NCBI GenBank assembly: GCA_964371925.1
Contig: CAYJOZ010000001.1
Span: 1 to 33,825 of the forward strand
Direction of reading: 5' to 3'
DNA length: 33,825 bases
Origin: an uncultured Treponemataceae bacterium
GTDB taxonomy: Bacteria; Spirochaetota; Spirochaetia; Treponematales; Treponemataceae
Shown here: positions 33,187-33,825 of the stretch, piece after piece
Layout of the letters: each line of letters opens with the position of its first letter
Position numbering within the stretch: position 1 is the first letter of the stretch
Made by a program: the position numbers and the translations under genes
Notes under the pieces: generated by a model
What the model was told of the DNA's origin: nothing
Database searches by the model: none
The model's input: the letters and a program-made list of their open reading frames with translations, nothing else

Positions 33187-33825
33187 ATGAAAAAAATAAC
33201 CGTAATTGTAATTGCATTATTTTTGGCGGTAAATGCATTTGCAGAGGAGTTAGAGTTTGTAACAGTAAGAGATGCTACTGCTTGGAAGTATGATGCAGAA
33301 TATTCAACAATTGACTTGCTAGATGAGGATATAGAAACGGTCTTACCAAAAGGTACGCTTGTTACATTGCATCCCGTGTTCCGAGATCATGAGTTAGTTA
33401 AAAGAGAAGGTAATGTTGAAACTGTGGAAAAGGTGTTTGCCTATGCAGTTATTGATACGAATACAGAAAAGAAGTATTGGGTTTTGCTTTCTGATTTAAT
33501 GCCTGCAAACACTTCCTCTGTTTTTGATGAACATTTTATTACAGAAGCACATCAGCCTTCACGCTATTTAATGTCGGCGTACTTTGTAGATATATTACAA
33601 AGTGGGACAAGAGCTACGATGCAAAAATACGAAGAAGAATGGGTTAGAAGAAATGGCGAAGGTGATGAGTATGATCCACCATGGTGGGAATCTAGCAAAA
33701 TATCAAAGCCCGCAATGATAACATCTAGTGCAATTCACTTAAAATTTTTTCAAGATTTTTTTGTACAGGACATTGAAAACATTGAAAATGGATACAAAGT
33801 TTTTGTTAAAGTAAATAAAACATGG
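33187..33825 (+). CDS. Secreted hypothetical protein (3' end runs off the window)
   Basis: Absent from the ORF track because it has no stop. My translation from ATG 33187 gives 213 codons with no stop: MKKITVIVIALFLAVNAFAEELEFVTVRD...YDPPWWESSK...KVNKTW. It has an SPase-I type signal peptide (AFA-EE). AAGGAG lies 8 nt upstream. Confidence 0.6.
   Translation, partial: MKKITVIVIALFLAVNAFAEELEFVTVRDATAWKYDAEYSTIDLLDEDIETVLPKGTLVTLHPVFRDHELVKREGNVETVEKVFAYAVIDTNTEKKYWVLLSDLMPANTSSVFDEHFITEAHQPSRYLMSAYFVDILQSGTRATMQKYEEEWVRRNGEGDEYDPPWWESSKISKPAMITSSAIHLKFFQDFFVQDIENIENGYKVFVKVNKTW

Noticed and set aside
1-33825. Search for CRISPR arrays, IS elements or transposases, integrases, toxin-antitoxin pairs, defence systems, rRNA and tRNA
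   Set aside because: I saw no regularly spaced direct repeats, no long terminal inverted repeats, no DDE, tyrosine or serine recombinase-like ORFs, and no small paired ORFs of TA type. The only repeats found are the 17-mer pair, the 27-nt tandem duplication in the PilZ tail, and the phased A-tracts.

Overview
AT-rich bacterial chromosomal segment (GC not computed). It holds about 29 protein-coding genes in roughly 10 transcription units that alternate between strands. The gene content suggests a Treponema-like spirochaete: a LolA_like/FtsX envelope cluster, a pseudo-receiver-PilZ protein, an MCP and FlgM. That assignment is tentative. Left to right: (1) a five-gene minus-strand envelope cluster with a LolA-like periplasmic protein, an OM beta-barrel, a LolD-like ATPase and two FtsX/LolC-E-like permeases, the last running off the window; (2) a PilZ c-di-GMP receptor; (3) tcdA; (4) a 545-bp AT-rich intergenic region; (5) glgX-glgP-mcp; (6) pfk plus an atypical Cys-rich FMN-dependent hydroxyacid dehydrogenase-like gene; (7) a DUF4015-type glycoside hydrolase, a PAP2 phosphatase and mnmE; (8) an unknown membrane protein, nif3-like, lspA and a small membrane protein; (9) a GHKL-like/HDOD protein; (10) rsmI, flgM, a degenerate Fe-ADH-fold protein and a SpoU/TrmH methyltransferase; (11) a GH63/trehalase-like hydrolase, ppx, ppk1 and a 5'-partial secreted protein. 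I saw no rRNA, tRNA, CRISPR array, transposase, integrase or phage genes, so this looks like core genome rather than an accessory island. The most notable observations are: a self-contained Lol-like trafficking cluster without LolB or a membrane-fusion protein; six operon-first genes whose start codon sits 5-9 nt after a -10 box with no Shine-Dalgarno (candidate leaderless mRNAs), while internal genes have clear AGGAG-type sites; an Fe-ADH homologue that has lost all four metal ligands and sits in a flgM operon; an FMN-dehydrogenase with an N-terminal CxxCxxCxxxxC motif; and a repeated DnaA-box-like 17-mer flanking the large AT-rich spacer. All functional calls rest on motif recognition by eye. 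No database search was possible.
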